A stretch of DNA of 64,000 nucleotides from Latescibacteria bacterium UBA6620. Lineage in GTDB: Bacteria; Latescibacterota; UBA2968. The stretch is taken from contig DJHM01000049.1 in the NCBI GenBank assembly GCA_002433075.1, positions 12,164 through 76,163 on the forward strand. Direction: 5' to 3'. The notes below the pieces were generated by a model that was not told the origin of the DNA, searched no databases, and saw only the letters and a list, made by a program, of their open reading frames with translations. A program made the translations under genes and the position numbers. Shown here piece after piece: positions 1 to 10,391 of this stretch (within the stretch, counting starts at the first letter, position 1; each line of letters opens with the position of its first letter).

Positions 1-1139
1 CCGAGGCCTGGCGTTTCCGGAACGGCGATGTATCCGTCCTGGATGATGGGATTGGGGAGGCCGGTGACGAGGTTGTTCCACTCGGGATAGTCGACGGCGT
101 GGTTTTCGAGAACGAGGAAGTTCTCCGTCGCCGCAGCACAGTGGACGCTGGCCATCTGGGCAACGGGAGTCGCGGCCATATGCAGGGCCATCGCGATCCC
201 GTGCTCCTGAGCAAGGTCGCCTATTTTCTTCGTCTCGAGGATTCCGCCCGAGGTCGCGAGGTCGGGGTGACACACTGTGATCGCTCGTTTTTCGAACAAG
301 TCCTTGAAGCCCTCTTTCAGATAGATGTCTTCCCCCGTGCAGATGGGGGTATCGCAGGCCTGTGAGATCTTGACGTACTGGTCTGTGAACTGCCACGGAA
401 CCAGGTCTTCGAGCCAGGCGAGGTTGAACGGATCCAGTCGCTTGCCCAGTCGGATGCAGGACTCGATGCCCATATGGCCGAAGTGATCGGATGCGAGTGG
501 AATCTCGTAACCCACCATATCGCGAACGACACTGACGTACTCGCATAACCAGTCGATGCCTTTGTCCGTGATCTGGATGCCGGTGAAGGGATGCATCACG
601 TGGGAGGTCTCGAGCATTCCGGCGGGGGCGGAAATTGCGCCCTCGACCTCGCCCAGCAAGCGAAGGCCGATGTCCATTTTCAGGAAGGTGAACCCCATTT
701 CCATTCGTCCTTGAAGTCGCCGACCCATCTCTTCGGCATCGGCAGTCGTGTCCGTATCACCGTAGATGCGGACACGATCGCGGAACTTGCCGCCTGCAAG
801 CTGATATGCGGGAACATCGTAGGCCTTCCCGGCGAGGTCCATCAGAGCCATTTCTACGGCGCACACACCTCCGCCCTGTCGTGCGTGGCCTCCGAACTGC
901 TTGATTTTCCGGAACAGACGATCGACATCGCACGGGTTCTGTCCGAGCAGCTGTCGTTTGAGCATCAGGGCGTAGACGACGCTCGCACCGTCGCGGATTT
1001 CGCCCAGACCGTAAATGCACTGGTTGGTGTCGAGACGGATGAGATGGGAGGACCGCATCGGCGCGTTGGTGAGACGAGCGATCCTGAGGTCTGTGATCTT
1101 GAGGTCAGAGGGTCTGCTGTGGGTGTTGGCTTCGTTCAT
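1..1139 (-). CDS. Mandelate racemase/muconate lactonizing enzyme (enolase superfamily), 3' end outside window
   Basis: Absent from ORF track because it has no stop in the window. Manual translation from ATG 1139 after AAGGAG: MNEANTHSRPSDLKITDLRIARL...YGLGEIRDG...GQNPCDVDRLF...AVEMALMDLAGKAYDVPAYQLAGGKFRDRVRIY, a typical enolase-superfamily capping domain. Confidence 0.85.
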   Translation of the reverse strand, partial: MNEANTHSRPSDLKITDLRIARLTNAPMRSSHLIRLDTNQCIYGLGEIRDGASVVYALMLKRQLLGQNPCDVDRLFRKIKQFGGHARQGGGVCAVEMALMDLAGKAYDVPAYQLAGGKFRDRVRIYGDTDTTADAEEMGRRLQGRMEMGFTFLKMDIGLRLLGEVEGAISAPAGMLETSHVMHPFTGIQITDKGIDWLCEYVSVVRDMVGYEIPLASDHFGHMGIESCIRLGKRLDPFNLAWLEDLVPWQFTDQYVKISQACDTPICTGEDIYLKEGFKDLFEKRAITVCHPDLATSGGILETKKIGDLAQEHGIAMALHMAATPVAQMASVHCAAATENFLVLENHAVDYPEWNNLVTGLPNPIIQDGYIAVPETPGL

Positions 1140-1183
1140 CGGATCTCCTTCTGTATCCGTCGCCTCGGGAACCGACTGTCAGG

Positions 1184-2014
1184 CTAGATCAAGCCCTCAG
1201 TCTCCAAGTTGTGCGTTTGTCCCCATTCTTCGAAATCGGATTCCATCTTTTCGGACCATTTACGGTCGACTTCACCGGGCGTATAGACCCCTTCCCGAAT
1301 GCGCAACTGACCGAAGTAGTCTCGGAGGCGAACGTTCTCGGATCGCTCGACGACGGCCTCAGCGAGGTGAGGGGGGATGAAGGTGACGCCGGTCGGTGTG
1401 CCCAGGACGACGTCTCCCGGCAGGCAGGTGGCGTGACCGATACGAACGGGAACATTGATCTCGACGAGGGTGACGTCGCGAATAGGGGTCGGATCGAGAC
1501 CCTTGGTGAAGCCGTTGAAATTCTCGAGCTCCACGACCCGCTGGAAATCCCGCATCCCGCCGTCGACGATCATCCCACCGCCCTGGGTGTTGGACGCGAT
1601 TGCAGTTGCCAGGTTATCGCCGGCGAATGTGCCCCATACGATTTTCCCGAAGAGCTCCACGACGATAATATCGTTGGGCTGTAGCGTGTCGATGGCCCAG
1701 GAGTTCTGGCCCCCGATACGACCTTCTTCTTTTCCCTGTGCCTCGACCACGTCATTCAGGTCGGGTCGAGAGGGAACATAACGGCAGGTGACGGCTCTTC
1801 CGACGAGGATCTGGTGGGGATGGATGATCTCCCAGTTGCCCTCGAACGCGAGCGTGTGGTCGTTGCTGTTAAGTACGCCCCACGCTTCTTCGGATGTCAC
1901 GTGCCGCATTCGCTCGATGATGTCGTCGGGTACTTTTGGGCGACCATTGTCGTAGCGGCCGAATGGATTCTTTGGAGTGAGGTCGATCGTTTTCTGTTTG
2001 TCGTCCCAGTTCAA
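1184..2014 (-). CDS. RraA/HMG aldolase-like family protein
   Basis: LVGRAVT, TFAGDNLATAI, GMIVDGGMRD, PVRIGHATCLPGDVVLG motifs. Confidence 0.8.
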   Translation of the reverse strand: MNWDDKQKTIDLTPKNPFGRYDNGRPKVPDDIIERMRHVTSEEAWGVLNSNDHTLAFEGNWEIIHPHQILVGRAVTCRYVPSRPDLNDVVEAQGKEEGRIGGQNSWAIDTLQPNDIIVVELFGKIVWGTFAGDNLATAIASNTQGGGMIVDGGMRDFQRVVELENFNGFTKGLDPTPIRDVTLVEINVPVRIGHATCLPGDVVLGTPTGVTFIPPHLAEAVVERSENVRLRDYFGQLRIREGVYTPGEVDRKWSEKMESDFEEWGQTHNLETEGLI

Positions 2015-2109
2015 GACATCGCCTCGAGATGTGAGTTTATGCCCTCCCTTGCCCGGAAGGATCGCGGGTTCAGGCGGTCAGGTTAATAAAGATCGGTGCG
2101 AAGCGCTAT

Positions 2110-3315
2110 CTATGGCCGCATTGGCGAGCCATCGGGGGCCCTCGTCTGCGTCCACTGGATCACTTCGTCCTGGCACGGATGCTTCGCGGCGAGATCTTCG
2201 TCGATGTCGATGCCCAGACCTGGATTGTCGTTCGGGTAGAGATAACCCATCCTTACTTCCGGGAGACCGGGAAAAATCTCATAACAGAGCTCATTGAATC
2301 GGCACCATTCCTGGATGCCGAAATTGGGCGCCCACAGGTCGAGGTGCAGGTTCGCCGCGTGTCCAACGGGAGACGTGTCGCCCGGGCCGTGCCAGGCGGT
2401 TCGGACGTTGTACATATTCGCGAAAGCGGCAACATTTCGGGCAGGGGTGATCCCGCCCATCTGACTGACGTGCATCCGAATGAAGTCGATCAGCCGATCC
2501 TGGACCAGAGGCGTCCACTCGCGTGGATGGTTGAACAGTTCGCCCATCGCGATGGGGGTAGCGCATTGCTCGCGGATGTTACGGAACCACTCGATGTCTT
2601 CGGGAGCGAGGGCGTCTTCCAGAAAGAAGAGCTTGAAAGGTTCGACATCTTTGGCGAACTGAACTGCGTCGATCGGTCTGAGGCGTTCGTGAATGTCGTG
2701 GAGCAACTCGACTTCGGGACCGACTTCCGACCGAACGTGCTCGATCATCTCGACCATTAATCGACAGTATTCCCTCGGGTGGTAGTAGGCTCCGTCGGGT
2801 GCGCCCTCCGGTTTCTGGATCGCGTCGGATTGACCGCCGTAGCCTCCCATCTGGATGCGAATGTGGCGGTATCCCTCTCCCATATAGTGCCGGACGCTGT
2901 CGACGACTTCGTGCTTGTCCCTGCCACTCGCGTGCGCGTAGGTGTCCGCGGCTTCACGACACTTCCCTCCCAGCAGCTGGAAGACGGGCATTCCAGCTCG
3001 CTTCCCCTTGATGTCCCACAGGGCCTGGTCGACTCCGGAGATCGCGTTGTTCAGGACGGGACCGTTTCGCCAGTAGCTGTTGACCATCGACATCTGCCAG
3101 ATCTCCTCTATCCGGTCGACGTCACGTCCGATCAGAAAGGGCTTGAGGTGCTGTTCGATGGCGGTGTGTACGGCACGGAACCGCTGGGTGAATGTTGCAC
3201 ATCCGACCCCGTAGAGGCCGTCGTCAGACGTCAGAATCTTGACGATGATGAGTCGTGACCCCGCGGGTTGCGTCAGGATGGTCTTCACATCCTTGATGGT
3301 GATGGTTTCGGCCAT
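2110..3315 (-). CDS. Mannonate dehydratase/RspA-like acid-sugar dehydratase (enolase superfamily)
   Basis: YWRNGPVLNNAISGVDQALWDIKGK, LLHDIHERL, FFLEDAL, MGELF, RTAWHGPGD, FGIQE. Confidence 0.9.
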   Translation of the reverse strand: MAETITIKDVKTILTQPAGSRLIIVKILTSDDGLYGVGCATFTQRFRAVHTAIEQHLKPFLIGRDVDRIEEIWQMSMVNSYWRNGPVLNNAISGVDQALWDIKGKRAGMPVFQLLGGKCREAADTYAHASGRDKHEVVDSVRHYMGEGYRHIRIQMGGYGGQSDAIQKPEGAPDGAYYHPREYCRLMVEMIEHVRSEVGPEVELLHDIHERLRPIDAVQFAKDVEPFKLFFLEDALAPEDIEWFRNIREQCATPIAMGELFNHPREWTPLVQDRLIDFIRMHVSQMGGITPARNVAAFANMYNVRTAWHGPGDTSPVGHAANLHLDLWAPNFGIQEWCRFNELCYEIFPGLPEVRMGYLYPNDNPGLGIDIDEDLAAKHPCQDEVIQWTQTRAPDGSPMRP

Positions 3316-3362
3316 TCGTACCCTCTTGGTGATGGGATCCGACGGAAGGGCGATTACGCCTT

Positions 3363-4688
3363 CTAACCCCTCTCGAGTCCAACCTTCTTCACGATGCCTT
3401 CCTTTTGCAGAATGTCTCCCGCGATGGCGTAGGTCGTACCGTGCATTGCATACACGACGAGACCGATCCCTTCGGCAAGGTAACCTCCTGGATACAGATT
3501 CGGGACGTCAATCGATTCGTAGTTGTGTGGATGGGTCCTCATCTGTCGTACCTGGAAGCGATAGTCGTCGTATTTATCCACGAGCGAAAGTTCCGGGAAT
3601 CCTTTGAAGATTCCATAGTCTGCGATACCGCCGATTTCCAGCACGACGTGGTCGACGTCGACTGATCTGGACTCACCGGGAGAGCGAAGTTGCACGCGTC
3701 CACCTTTACCGATCGCGTCAATCCGCTCGATCTCTGTCTCGTAGTGAAGGTGCCACCGATCGGACGGTGTTCTCATAATTTCCGCAATCCGACGGTAGTA
3801 AGGCAGGTGGAAGCTGTCGTTGATGAGCGGTACGTGTCTGGCCTCCGGCTGACGCTGGACGTAGGTCACATCCCTGCCTGCGTCGAATAATTCGGTGGCG
3901 GCCCAGTCCGCGGAACGACCTCCACCTACGATCATTACCCGTTGCCCGGGGATATCCTCCGGGCGGTCGTATCGAGACCTGACGAAGGGAAGATCGGCAC
4001 CCGGCGCGTCGAGCTGCCTGAGAATGCACCGCTGCCCGACGGCATACACGAGGTATTCGCTCGTGTAGCTGAAAGTCTGTTCCGATCCCACCCTCCGCGT
4101 GGAGATCAGGAATCCACGATCGTGAGGCTCGATCCGCTCGACATTCTCGTGCGTTCGGATGCGATTGCTCTGCCCGAACCGTTCCGGGATGCTGTGATAG
4201 TATTCGACGAGTCGATGTTTGATGATGAGATCGTTGACGTCGAAATCGATACCGTTCTCGTCCGCCCACTGCCGAAGCGGATAGAATCCGAACTCCATCC
4301 ACTGCCCCGGAGAGAGCGTGAGCAGATTCCTGGGGACGTTGTTCCAGAGACCGCCGACCTCTTCGCGCGTGATGAGAATGTAGTCGAGCGGTTCTCGATC
4401 TTGGAACGTGTAGGCGATCTGATCGAGCGACCTGAACTTCTTACCTGGATGATGCAACAGCTGGAAGAGGTCGGCGGGAGCGATCCCGAGGTTGCAGAGT
4501 TCGCGAAAGTCGAGGCCGAGCAGCGTTTCGGAGTGGCGCTCGAGAAGGTGATGGAGTTGCGCGTAGCGCTCTTCGAAGAGGGCGCTTCCACGGTAAACGG
4601 GCCACTGTCCTCCGAGGATGACAGCCAGGGGCAGGCCGGCAGGACCCCCACCGACGATAGCGACCTTGTGGTGTTCGGGGGTGGTCAC
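3363..4688 (-). CDS. FAD/NAD(P)-dependent oxidoreductase, OSGIN1/OKL38-like
   Basis: Two dinucleotide motifs (VAIVGGGPAG; MIVGGGRSAAD-like MIVGGGRSAD), GGLWNN...LSPGQWM, C-terminal YES...NLYPGGYLA. Confidence 0.75.
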   Translation of the reverse strand: MTTPEHHKVAIVGGGPAGLPLAVILGGQWPVYRGSALFEERYAQLHHLLERHSETLLGLDFRELCNLGIAPADLFQLLHHPGKKFRSLDQIAYTFQDREPLDYILITREEVGGLWNNVPRNLLTLSPGQWMEFGFYPLRQWADENGIDFDVNDLIIKHRLVEYYHSIPERFGQSNRIRTHENVERIEPHDRGFLISTRRVGSEQTFSYTSEYLVYAVGQRCILRQLDAPGADLPFVRSRYDRPEDIPGQRVMIVGGGRSADWAATELFDAGRDVTYVQRQPEARHVPLINDSFHLPYYRRIAEIMRTPSDRWHLHYETEIERIDAIGKGGRVQLRSPGESRSVDVDHVVLEIGGIADYGIFKGFPELSLVDKYDDYRFQVRQMRTHPHNYESIDVPNLYPGGYLAEGIGLVVYAMHGTTYAIAGDILQKEGIVKKVGLERG

Positions 4689-4692
4689 GCGA

Positions 4693-5730
4693 TCAGACGG
4701 GGGACGTGAGTCCGAACCTGGAGGCCGCTTCTCTGACTTTATCCACTGTCCCGGGTGGGAGAGGCACGCCCTTCTCGCTTCGCTTCTCGAACGTGCGTTG
4801 TTCCGGTTCGCCCGGCATCAGGATCTCGTCGAAGCCGTCCGCTCGGGGCAGCTTCTTCAGTTCGTCGATCAGGTCGTCGACATGCGACCGATAGGTGTCG
4901 ACGTCCATAAAGAAGCTGATGTCGATGGCGGCGACGAGGCTGTTCTGGTTGTGCGTCTTGGCCGCGCCCCTGAGTACGGGAACGAGCAACGGGTTGTCGA
5001 CCATTAAACTCGTCAGACACTGAAACACGAGCGCGAGGCCCGATCCTTTCGGACCCCCCGCGGGCATCAGGATCTGGGCGACAGAGGGGTCGGTTGTTGC
5101 GTTTCCGTCCGCGTCGAGCGCCCACGTATCCGGGATCTGCACTCTCTTGTCGGCGGCAACGCTCAGCTTCCCGCCCGCGGCGATGCTCGTTGCCATATCG
5201 AGCGTAATCGGTTTGCGCTTCGCGGCTGGGAACGAAAAGGAGATCGGGCTGTTGTGGACCCCTGCCGCCTTGGCGCCAAAGGGCGCCATATTGGGTGGAC
5301 TGCATACGACGGCGATGCCGGCCAGCCCTTCGGAGGAGGCCATTTCGGCGTAGTAGCCCATCGCGCCCTGATGGGTGACGTTCCGGATCAACCCCCATCC
5401 GATGCCGATGTCCTTCGTCTTCGCGATGACGGTTCGCATTGCCTGGACCGTGGCGACAGGGCCCAGGGCACGATCGGCATCCATATACAGGAGGGCGGGC
5501 GACTCCTTGACGACTTTGATGTCAGGCGTCGGGTTCATCCATCCTCGGTCGATCATATCCAGATAAGCGGGCAACCGCTGGACGCCGTGCGAGTCCACGC
5601 CTCTCAGATTCGCCCACACCAGCACCTCGGCCTCGATGGCCGCATCTTCGTCGGGCATCCCAGCCTGTTTAAAAACCTCGCTCGTAAACGATTCCAGCGT
5701 GGAGGGTTCGACACGCAGCTCTTCGGCCAT
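4693..5730 (-). CDS. Ldh_2 family (malate/L-lactate/ureidoglycolate-type) oxidoreductase
   Basis: ANLRGVDSHG, THQGAMGYY, DMATS, GGPKGSGL, MPGEPE; start moved to MAEELRV (5730; 5739 also possible). Confidence 0.88.
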   Translation of the reverse strand: MAEELRVEPSTLESFTSEVFKQAGMPDEDAAIEAEVLVWANLRGVDSHGVQRLPAYLDMIDRGWMNPTPDIKVVKESPALLYMDADRALGPVATVQAMRTVIAKTKDIGIGWGLIRNVTHQGAMGYYAEMASSEGLAGIAVVCSPPNMAPFGAKAAGVHNSPISFSFPAAKRKPITLDMATSIAAGGKLSVAADKRVQIPDTWALDADGNATTDPSVAQILMPAGGPKGSGLALVFQCLTSLMVDNPLLVPVLRGAAKTHNQNSLVAAIDISFFMDVDTYRSHVDDLIDELKKLPRADGFDEILMPGEPEQRTFEKRSEKGVPLPPGTVDKVREAASRFGLTSPV

Positions 5731-5908
5731 ACTTCCCATCCGTAGAAATGGCCCCTCACGGTCGTTTCGGGGCCGGTCGCTTGACTTCACTTTTTTAATG
5801 CGGTATGATGCCGCGCGAGAGGGAAAAATCCCCGTCTGTCGCGCTCGGAACGGCCACAAAGAAGGTGTGGCCCGCCGGGAGCGTCAAGGTTTTTGCGAAA
5901 GGATCGGT

Positions 5909-7234
5909 ATGTCGGACAGTGTAACGGTGGACCCGAAAGAGATCCGGGCACAGGATCGTGCCCACATCTGGCACCCGATGGTTCAGCACGAGTCGATCGG
6001 ACCCGAAGACCTGATGGTGATCACCGAGGGATCGGGGGCGATGCTCAAAGACGCGGACGGCAAGGAGTATCTGGATGCCTATGCGGGGATCTGGAACGTC
6101 AATGTCGGGTACGGTCGGCAGGAGATCGTCGATGCGGTCACAGAACAGATGCAGCGACTAGCTTCCTATCCGCAGACGCAGATCGTGGCTCCAGCCGCCC
6201 AACTCGCTGCGAGGCTCGCGGAACTGCTTCCCGGGGACCTGAACCGCTTTTTCTTCGTGAACAGCGGATCGGAAGCGAACGAAACGGCCCTCAAGGCGGC
6301 TCGACAGTGCGGTCGGCAGCGGCACCCCGGGGAGAATCGACACAAGATCATCGCTCGCTACCAGGGCTACCACGGGTTCACGATGGGAGCGGCATCGGCG
6401 ACTGGACAGGTCGGCCGCAAGCGAATGTTCGAGCCGTTGGTACCGGGTTTCATTCACGTGGAGCCCCCTCCGACCCACGGTCCAGACGACATCGCCCGCG
6501 TGATCGAACGGGAGAGTCCGGACACGGTTGCCGCCGTGATCGCGGAACCGATCATCGGCGGAGGTGGCGTTCTCGTTCCCCCCGACGACTACTTTCCGCG
6601 GGTTCGCGAAATCTGCGATCACTACGGTGTCTTGCTGATCCTGGACGAGGTGATTACGGGATTTGGCCGAACGGGGAAGCTCTTCGCGTGCGAGCATTGG
6701 GGCGTCGTGCCGGATATGATGACAATCGCCAAGGGATTGTCGAGCGGCTATCTGCCGATCGGTGCCTGTGCGGTGAGCGACGACGTTTTCGAAGCTTTCA
6801 AAGGGGAGGTCGAGGACGAGGTCGAGTTCTCTCAAGTGTCTACCTACGGCGGGCATCCGGCGTGCTGTGCGGCGGCGCTCGCTGCCGTTGACATTCTCGT
6901 TAGAGAAAAACTCTGGGAGAATTCGGAACAGGTGGGCGCGTACCTGCTCGATCGCCTTCAGTCGATCGAAACGCAGTACATCAAAGAGGTGAGGGGCAAG
7001 GGTCTGATGATGGCCATCGAGCTCCAGGACGAGTACGGAGCGATGCTGGATGCCAAACGATCGGGCGCGTTCGGTAAGGCGGTGCGTGAAGCCGGCGTGA
7101 TCTTTGGAAAGATGAGCCACGCGATGGCAGGGCCGGAGAGTGTCTACCATCTCGCGCCCCCTCTGATTCTGACGGAAGAGCAGGCGGACACGATCGGGAA
7201 CGCGGTGGTCACAGGATTGAGGGCAATCGGATAG
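5909..7234 (+). CDS. Class III PLP aminotransferase
   Basis: YLDAYAGIWNVNVGYG, NSGSEANE, GYHG, LILDEVITGFGRTG, PDMMTIAKGLSSGY, STYGGHP; start ATG 5909. Confidence 0.92.
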   Translation: MSDSVTVDPKEIRAQDRAHIWHPMVQHESIGPEDLMVITEGSGAMLKDADGKEYLDAYAGIWNVNVGYGRQEIVDAVTEQMQRLASYPQTQIVAPAAQLAARLAELLPGDLNRFFFVNSGSEANETALKAARQCGRQRHPGENRHKIIARYQGYHGFTMGAASATGQVGRKRMFEPLVPGFIHVEPPPTHGPDDIARVIERESPDTVAAVIAEPIIGGGGVLVPPDDYFPRVREICDHYGVLLILDEVITGFGRTGKLFACEHWGVVPDMMTIAKGLSSGYLPIGACAVSDDVFEAFKGEVEDEVEFSQVSTYGGHPACCAAALAAVDILVREKLWENSEQVGAYLLDRLQSIETQYIKEVRGKGLMMAIELQDEYGAMLDAKRSGAFGKAVREAGVIFGKMSHAMAGPESVYHLAPPLILTEEQADTIGNAVVTGLRAIG

Positions 7235-7248
7235 CGCCGGACACGACG

Positions 7249-8790
7249 ATGCGTGAAAATCTGAAAAAGGCATACGAGAGTTCCGTCCGTCTCCGAGAAG
7301 AGATGGAGCGCTGGCTCGACCAGAGCCGTCGAATGGATCCCCCAAGCCGGCACGGAGGGGGTGAAGACGAGGCCAACTACTCCCTCGCGTGGTTTCCACA
7401 CTATCTGGTGACGCGCAGTGAGGCTGTCTCCGACCACTTTCGGTATCTGAGGGATCAGCTTGCGGGATGGGTCGAGCGGGATTGTCACCACGGCTACGAG
7501 GGGGTGGCCGAGGCGCATCACGGCACGGAACCGTTCCTTCTTTTCCTTCCACGGTATCTCGGACTGTTCCCAGAAGATGAAAAAGCGGCGGCCTTGCTCG
7601 AGGACGCCGCTCATCACATCGGCAACTGGGTAGACGGGGTACCGGACTGGTTCGACTGGGAGAAGAATCGGTTCTGGGGCTACCACATCGGGACGCAGGA
7701 GGTCAACCGCGATTTGGGGGAAGTGAAGGAGATCGCCGAACATTTCCGATTTATCCACATCGCACTTGCGGCGCATCGGATGAACGGCAATCAGCGCTAC
7801 GTGGATTGGGCCGTCCGTTACGGTCGTCGACGCGCGCAAATGATCTGTGATGCGCCAGACGGTCCTTTACCGATCGCGTGGGGGGCCGATGCGGAACCGG
7901 TGATGCCCTTGGAAGCCACGGAGAGCCAAAAGCAGGCCGCACAGGCCGGGCATCACGTAGCCGACGATCCGCTGATCGGGGTCGAATGCCTCCTGGCCTC
8001 CGGAGCGATTTACGCCCTCGGGGACCTTTTCGCCGAGACACGCGAGGAGATCTTCCGTGATGCGGCGAAGCGCATCGTAGAGCCGCTGATCGATCAGCTT
8101 CGCGACCCGTACGGGGATCCTGGGGCGGCGGCGATTTCGTACTATCGCGTGGCTTTCGAGGATTGTGAATACGATTCACGGATCGATCAGCGGGTCGCGT
8201 CCTTTCCCGACGCGTCTTCCAGAGAATTGGCGATGGTGTTCCCTGAGCTTCAGAAGAGAACGTGGCTGGGCGTTGGGAAGCGCAAAGACCAGACGTTCTG
8301 GGGAGAATGGGACGACGAGACAGGGAATATCGCGGCAACGAAGGAGCCGTCCACTGCCGCTCTGACGCTCGCTTACCAGACCACGGGTGACGCAGCCTAT
8401 GCGGCGCGCGCGTTGGATCAGGCGGAGAGAAAACTGAAGATGGCCCGTCGTGTCCTCAGGGGGGGGCGGGAGCACGCAGATATGGGGGGCGCTGTTTGCT
8501 CGACGGCCGCCGGACACGGGAGAAACTGGGGATGGGGTGCGGTGACGGGTTGTTATGGCCCGCTTCTGCTGGGGACGAGAGAAATCAAGAGCAATGTGGC
8601 CCCCTCGTTTCATATCCGTGACGACCAGAAGAAGTATCGCCTTCCGGATACGGTTCTATCCCTCTACAGGGAGGGTGAAGAAACGCGATTCTTCAACGGA
8701 GGCGACAAGCCGGTGTCGTTTTCGTGGCACCGGATGGGGGAGTCGCCCAGGAAGGAAGTCCTGAAGCCAGGCGAGGTCATTGAGGCGTAG
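7249..8790 (+). CDS. Hypothetical protein (possible alpha-helical barrel, sugar-active)
   Basis: 513-aa ORF between aminotransferase and AKR with short spacers; His/Trp/Glu-rich motifs (EAHHGTEP, EHFRF, REHADMG); no family recognised. Confidence 0.7.
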   Translation: MRENLKKAYESSVRLREEMERWLDQSRRMDPPSRHGGGEDEANYSLAWFPHYLVTRSEAVSDHFRYLRDQLAGWVERDCHHGYEGVAEAHHGTEPFLLFLPRYLGLFPEDEKAAALLEDAAHHIGNWVDGVPDWFDWEKNRFWGYHIGTQEVNRDLGEVKEIAEHFRFIHIALAAHRMNGNQRYVDWAVRYGRRRAQMICDAPDGPLPIAWGADAEPVMPLEATESQKQAAQAGHHVADDPLIGVECLLASGAIYALGDLFAETREEIFRDAAKRIVEPLIDQLRDPYGDPGAAAISYYRVAFEDCEYDSRIDQRVASFPDASSRELAMVFPELQKRTWLGVGKRKDQTFWGEWDDETGNIAATKEPSTAALTLAYQTTGDAAYAARALDQAERKLKMARRVLRGGREHADMGGAVCSTAAGHGRNWGWGAVTGCYGPLLLGTREIKSNVAPSFHIRDDQKKYRLPDTVLSLYREGEETRFFNGGDKPVSFSWHRMGESPRKEVLKPGEVIEA

Positions 8791-8800
8791 GGAGGGTCCT

Positions 8801-9781
8801 GTGAATTATCGAACGTTCGGGAACACCGGGTTGGAGGTTTCGGAGATCGCCATCGGTGCATATCCGATTTCCGGTATGTTGCAACAGGCGGACGGTACAC
8901 GGACCGGGTGGACGGGCGTGTCGGACACGGAATCCGAGGCGTTGATCCACGGTGCGGAGGGACTGGGTGTTAATCTGATCGACTCGGCAGAGGGGTACGG
9001 AAACGGTCATAGCGAGATCGTTACCGGAAAGGCACTCAAGGGCCGACGCGACAAATGGATCGTCGCAACCAAGGTACAGCCCAACAGCGGGATCAATGAG
9101 GCCGGGCGCGATGAGGCGGCGGTGCGGAACCGTATTCGACAGGCCTGCGAGGGAAGCCTTGCGCGGCTCGAAATGGAAACGATCGATCTCTACCAGCTGC
9201 ACGCCATACCCTACGACTGGGCAATGCCTGCGGTGATGGAGACACTTGCTACGCTGAAGGACGAGGGCAAGGTGAGGTGGTATGGCATCTCCACGAACAA
9301 TCAGGCCGCCATCGAGCAGCTGCTCGCCCTCGGACCGGTGGACGTGCTTCAGATCGGCTACAATCTGATCGAACGCGAGGCAGACGCACTCCTCCACTGG
9401 GCGAAGGAGAAGAACATCGGGACGCTGATCCGGGTTCCTCTGGCCAAGGGGATGTTGACGGGCAAGTACTTCGGTAAGAACGCAGCAACTCTGCCGGCTG
9501 AGGATCTGCGGTTCGAGCGGTTTCAGCGTCAGGAGACCGTCGAAGGGCTGAAGCGGTTGCCGGAACTGGGCTTCCTGCAGACGAAGGACCGGTCGATGGT
9601 ACAGACAGCCTTGCGCTTCGTTCTTGATCATCCAGGGGTGTCGTGCGCGATTGCGGGAGCCAAAACACGAGAGCAGATCGACCACAACGCGGCGGCATCC
9701 GATGTGACGCCCATTTCTGACGAGGAACTGGAGCGGGCCTTGCCGATCGCGGACACGATTACGACGCCTGGGTGGACCTAG
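8801..9781 (+). CDS. Aldo/keto reductase
   Basis: YRTFGNTGLEVSEI, DSAEGYGNGHSE, VATK, IDLYQLH, PLAKGMLTGKY; GTG start after GGAGG. Confidence 0.93.
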   Translation: MNYRTFGNTGLEVSEIAIGAYPISGMLQQADGTRTGWTGVSDTESEALIHGAEGLGVNLIDSAEGYGNGHSEIVTGKALKGRRDKWIVATKVQPNSGINEAGRDEAAVRNRIRQACEGSLARLEMETIDLYQLHAIPYDWAMPAVMETLATLKDEGKVRWYGISTNNQAAIEQLLALGPVDVLQIGYNLIEREADALLHWAKEKNIGTLIRVPLAKGMLTGKYFGKNAATLPAEDLRFERFQRQETVEGLKRLPELGFLQTKDRSMVQTALRFVLDHPGVSCAIAGAKTREQIDHNAAASDVTPISDEELERALPIADTITTPGWT

Positions 9782-9818
9782 ACACCGATCACTGAACATT
9801 GATCAATGATCATTAACA

Positions 9819-10391
9819 GGTGAGGAGATCGATTTCGAACCCGGTCGGGCGGTTCGGTATGGAATCGAGCAGGTCGCCGCGGTACGGGAGGCGTGCGGGC
9901 CGGATCTGAACATCTGTGTCGACGTGCATACACGTCTGGACCCGGCGTGGTCGCTCGAATTCTGCAAGTCGGTCGAACCCTACAAGCCGTTCTTAATCGA
10001 GGACCCGCTTCGGAGTGAAAGCCCTCAGAGTCTGCGCACGCTCAGAAGGCAGACCTCGGTACCCATCGCTGTTGGAGAACAGTGGGACAGCAAGTGGGCG
10101 TTTCGGCAGGCGATCGAGGAAGACCTGATGGACTACTGTCGTGTCGATCTCTGCATCGCCGGAGGGCTGACGGAGGCGAAGAAGATCGCTGGATGGTGTG
10201 AGACGCACTACATCCATCTTGCGCCGCACAATCCGCTCGGTCCGGTGTCGACGGCCGCGTGCCTGCATCTGTGCCTTTCGAGTTCCCTCGTGGGGGTACA
10301 GGAGCTACCTCGCGTTTCAGCTTCGACACTGACGGATGTATTCCCACGGCAGGTTCCCTACGACAGGGGATATCTCCTTTCTTCGCGATGA
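9819..10391 (+). pseudogene. Truncated galactonate dehydratase-like enolase fragment (barrel only)
   Basis: In-frame DFEPGRAVRYGIEQVAAVREACGPDLNICVDVHTRL...IEDPL...AVGEQ...APHNPLGPVSTAA...VQE; in-frame TGA at 9807-9809 upstream, no N-terminal domain, premature end. Confidence 0.75.
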
